Source: Hypanus sabinus (lineage: Eukaryota). Taken from it: a stretch of DNA of 64,000 nucleotides. Of this stretch, positions 61,950 through 64,000 are shown piece after piece. Position numbers and translations under genes: made by a program. The notes beneath the pieces were generated by a model that was not told the origin of the DNA, searched no databases, and saw only the letters and a program-made list of their open reading frames with translations. The number at the start of each line of letters is the position of its first letter. The stretch's first letter is position 1. The stretch covers positions 68,758,001 to 68,822,000 of the forward strand of contig NC_082716.1 of the NCBI RefSeq assembly GCF_030144855.1. Reading direction: 5' to 3'.

Positions 61950-62960
61950 TTTTTGAATTCTTCACTACATTATTTTCTTTCTGATCAATTATTATAAATT
62001 GCATTAATACTCTTTTTAAAACTTTGGAGTCTGTTCCTTCATTACTTCAAATTCTGTGAACAGGGAATTTTGCTCTGTTTGGTTCTGAATGGTTTCAAGG
62101 ACAATTGTTTCCTCTTTATGATCACAAGATAATAAAATGCACACAGTTGAAAATCTTTCTGCCTGTTAATTCATCCAACCTAAAGCATCTTCAGTATTTC
62201 CATTGTTGTATCCATGTTGGTGTCTCCAAGAATGGTTCCTGACTATCATGGCCAGAACATATTCCATGTGAAAACTATTTATTGCACAAACAAATGTTTC
62301 CTAAGAGTTTCCCTAAATCTTATAACCCATTACAATTGCTTTGGTCTACTCTCTGTATTTCTACACTATTTAAAAACTTATGCACTTGTGAAACAGAAGG
62401 AGGCTCAAAATCTTTCCTAGGATGATTCCTCATATCTTTGCCCGTTTGACAGTATCCTAACAGCTTTCATTATTACTTGACATTCAAAAATATATTTTTT
62501 TATTAACCTATCTCCAAGATGTTCTTTAAATTTGCTTTTCCACTCATATGTATTAGATAGCTTTGGGAACATTGTTTAAGCTTTTCTGGAAGTTCAGATT
62601 TTGATTAACTTTCTTAAAGTCTTTTTGAAAGACACCTCTGTGGCCTGAAAATTATTCATACCACTCTGAAAGGATCATTGGAGGTATTTTCATTTCTGCT
62701 GGCATGTATTTTCCAGTGTGACCAAACCCTCCACTCCACAGATGATATCCACAGAATTGCACCATTCTTCTCGAGAGCAAATTTCAATCTCAATGGTCTG
62801 AAAAAAACTGACAGGCTTAGCTAATTACCAAATAATCTGCCCAAAGAGGGTCCTATTCAGAAGTCATCACTCAAAATGCTTTCTTTGTCTCCACTCGGAT
62901 CTTGGACCTCCTGTGATTTTAAAAGCTAACTTGAGCCCGGACCTCTTTATCCATGGAGGT
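61950..62960 (-). pseudogene. Mab-21-like domain remnant D1
   Basis: Fragments MDKEVRAQV..RRSKI..SE*DP, EICSREEW, GYHLW and PKLSNTYEWKSKFKEHL resemble the MAB21 spine helix, the SPxEF strand and the LSARKIRSRF helix (recalled). Frameshifted. Confidence 0.4.
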
Positions 62961-63199
62961 CAAAGCCACACCCACTCCTTGCTTCAGGACTAATCCCAAA
63001 ATGTTAATCCCCATCACACCTCACAGGGTGCTGCATTGTTTGGGGGTGGGGTGTCACCAAAGCTTCATATTCAAAGTTAGGAGACTTCAGGACAAAATCT
63101 GCAGATATTGGAAATCCAAAGCAACACATACAAATGTCAGAGCCAATTTTATTACATCATTGATAATCAGCTGTGCTGGAATTGAAAGGAAGAACGAAG

Positions 63200-63830
63200 A
63201 GGTTGGGGGGGGGGGGGAAGGAGAAAAACCTTTTGTAGTAGCAGGCAGTATTTCAGGATGTAATGTTGCCTCCCTGAGGTCAATTGTTAAAAATATTAAT
63301 GAAAAGCAGTTGAATGTTATTGGAAAGGAAGAGTATCCAGCTAAAGCATTTGTAGAACAAGGAATGAGGTCCTTCAGACAAATGTTAAGGAGTTACAAAG
63401 GAAATTTAAAAAAAAAACCTCCATTTTACAGCTGGTGCTTCATACCAGTTAGTATAGGAATAAGAGTTCAGTGCCAATGAATGGGTGGCAGCACATAGGT
63501 TAGAGGGGCCAGGACCAGTATCCTCACTGGCAGACTTGGTGGTATTGGTCAGGAGAGTTTGAATTAGCTTGGCAGATGAGGTAAAATGAACCTAAATTCA
63601 GAAGGGAGAAAATCAGAGCTGAAAATGGAAGACAAAACCTACCCAGTATTTGGGAAACTGAGCCAAGGTTGCACACACAGTTTAATGAATAGGGCAGTTG
63701 AGACTAAGACATGAACTGACATAATGAAATTATGATATTTCAGCTATTACTGAGTCCTGGCATTAGGATGGATGGGAGCAGCTGCTTAACATTGCTGGAT
63801 ACAAGGTTTCATACTGGGTAGACAGGGATA
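63200..63830 (+). mobile_element. Old CR1 5' region (ORF1 esterase-like and endonuclease start)
   Basis: Degenerate similarity to CR1 ORF1/ORF2 junction sequence (DI.AITE.W..GY). Confidence 0.5.
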
Positions 63831-64000
63831 AGTTAAATATATAAGCTTTTAGTGATACATGTACATTAAAGCATGTTGAAATTTGTTATTTACATCAAAT
63901 CAAATCAGCAGGCCTCAAGTACTGCCATAGTTCTGGTACCAACATAGCCTGTCCACAACTCCAGAATGCTAACCATATGTCTTTGGAAGGGAAGTAGAAA

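Larger units (their letters stand above)
41090..62960 (-). pseudogene. Decayed, TE-fragmented locus with about 8 tandem Mab-21/cGAS-like (MAB21L3-like) domains
   Basis: Manual minus-strand translation of inter-TE sequence gives Mab-21 motifs in colinear order, with many stops and frameshifts: MVPII..WPK..EV (60241-60140), CYH..ENLP...W..GNP.LF (59900-59495), LLPKGAMEE (57418-57392), KPGQFNLLV (54345-54320), WRST..E (51886), ILAHGTFDDHL (51535-51503), SYAIK/TLVIW..SDW (50616-50556), FLVHKITL...KPGQFNFLV (49893-49610), FCAAVHPCCSYFRYVFLW (43144-43091), GS-x11-HFH (41382-41335). Confidence 0.65.

Noticed and set aside
41090-62960. Endogenous RNA-virus L gene as the source of the decayed ORF
   Set aside because: No RdRp motifs (GDNQ, SDD) were found; repeated Mab-21 motifs fit better.
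62953-63480. 175-aa plus-strand ORF
   Set aside because: Chance read-through across a Penelope end, a G-run and a CR1 ORF1 remnant.
1-64000. CRISPR arrays, rRNA or true tRNA genes; most short ORFs in the track
   Set aside because: Eukaryotic DNA with no repeat-spacer arrays. tRNA-like boxes belong to SINEs, and most short ORFs are TE fragments or their antisense frames.

Overview
Repeat-dense vertebrate genomic DNA. The mix of CR1, Rex1/Babar-type LINEs, Penelope-like elements, Buster hATs and Tc1/mariner fits a cartilaginous fish, probably a ray (inference). Left half: the 5' part of a secreted FNDC7-like gene on the minus strand. It has a signal-peptide exon (32198-32145), a 19-nt micro-exon (32038-32020) and four phase-1/phase-1 FN3 exons (27941-27681, 25060-24806, 3209-2940, 1146-886), all splicing in frame, and it continues past base 1. 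Its 21.6-kb fourth intron is a nest of transposons. Right half (about 41.1-63.0 kb): the unique sequence between TE insertions, translated by hand on the minus strand, repeatedly gives Mab-21/cGAS-like (MAB21L3-like) motifs in colinear order. I read this as a heavily decayed locus with about 8 tandem Mab-21 nucleotidyltransferase-fold domains. It is the main finding, it rests on motif recognition against reference sequences recalled from memory, and it needs an HMM search. Also seen: Penelope-borne minimal hammerhead ribozyme motifs, several fold-back or template-switch structures, and three Buster hATs with NNNTANNN target duplications. TE boundaries without stated TSDs are approximate.
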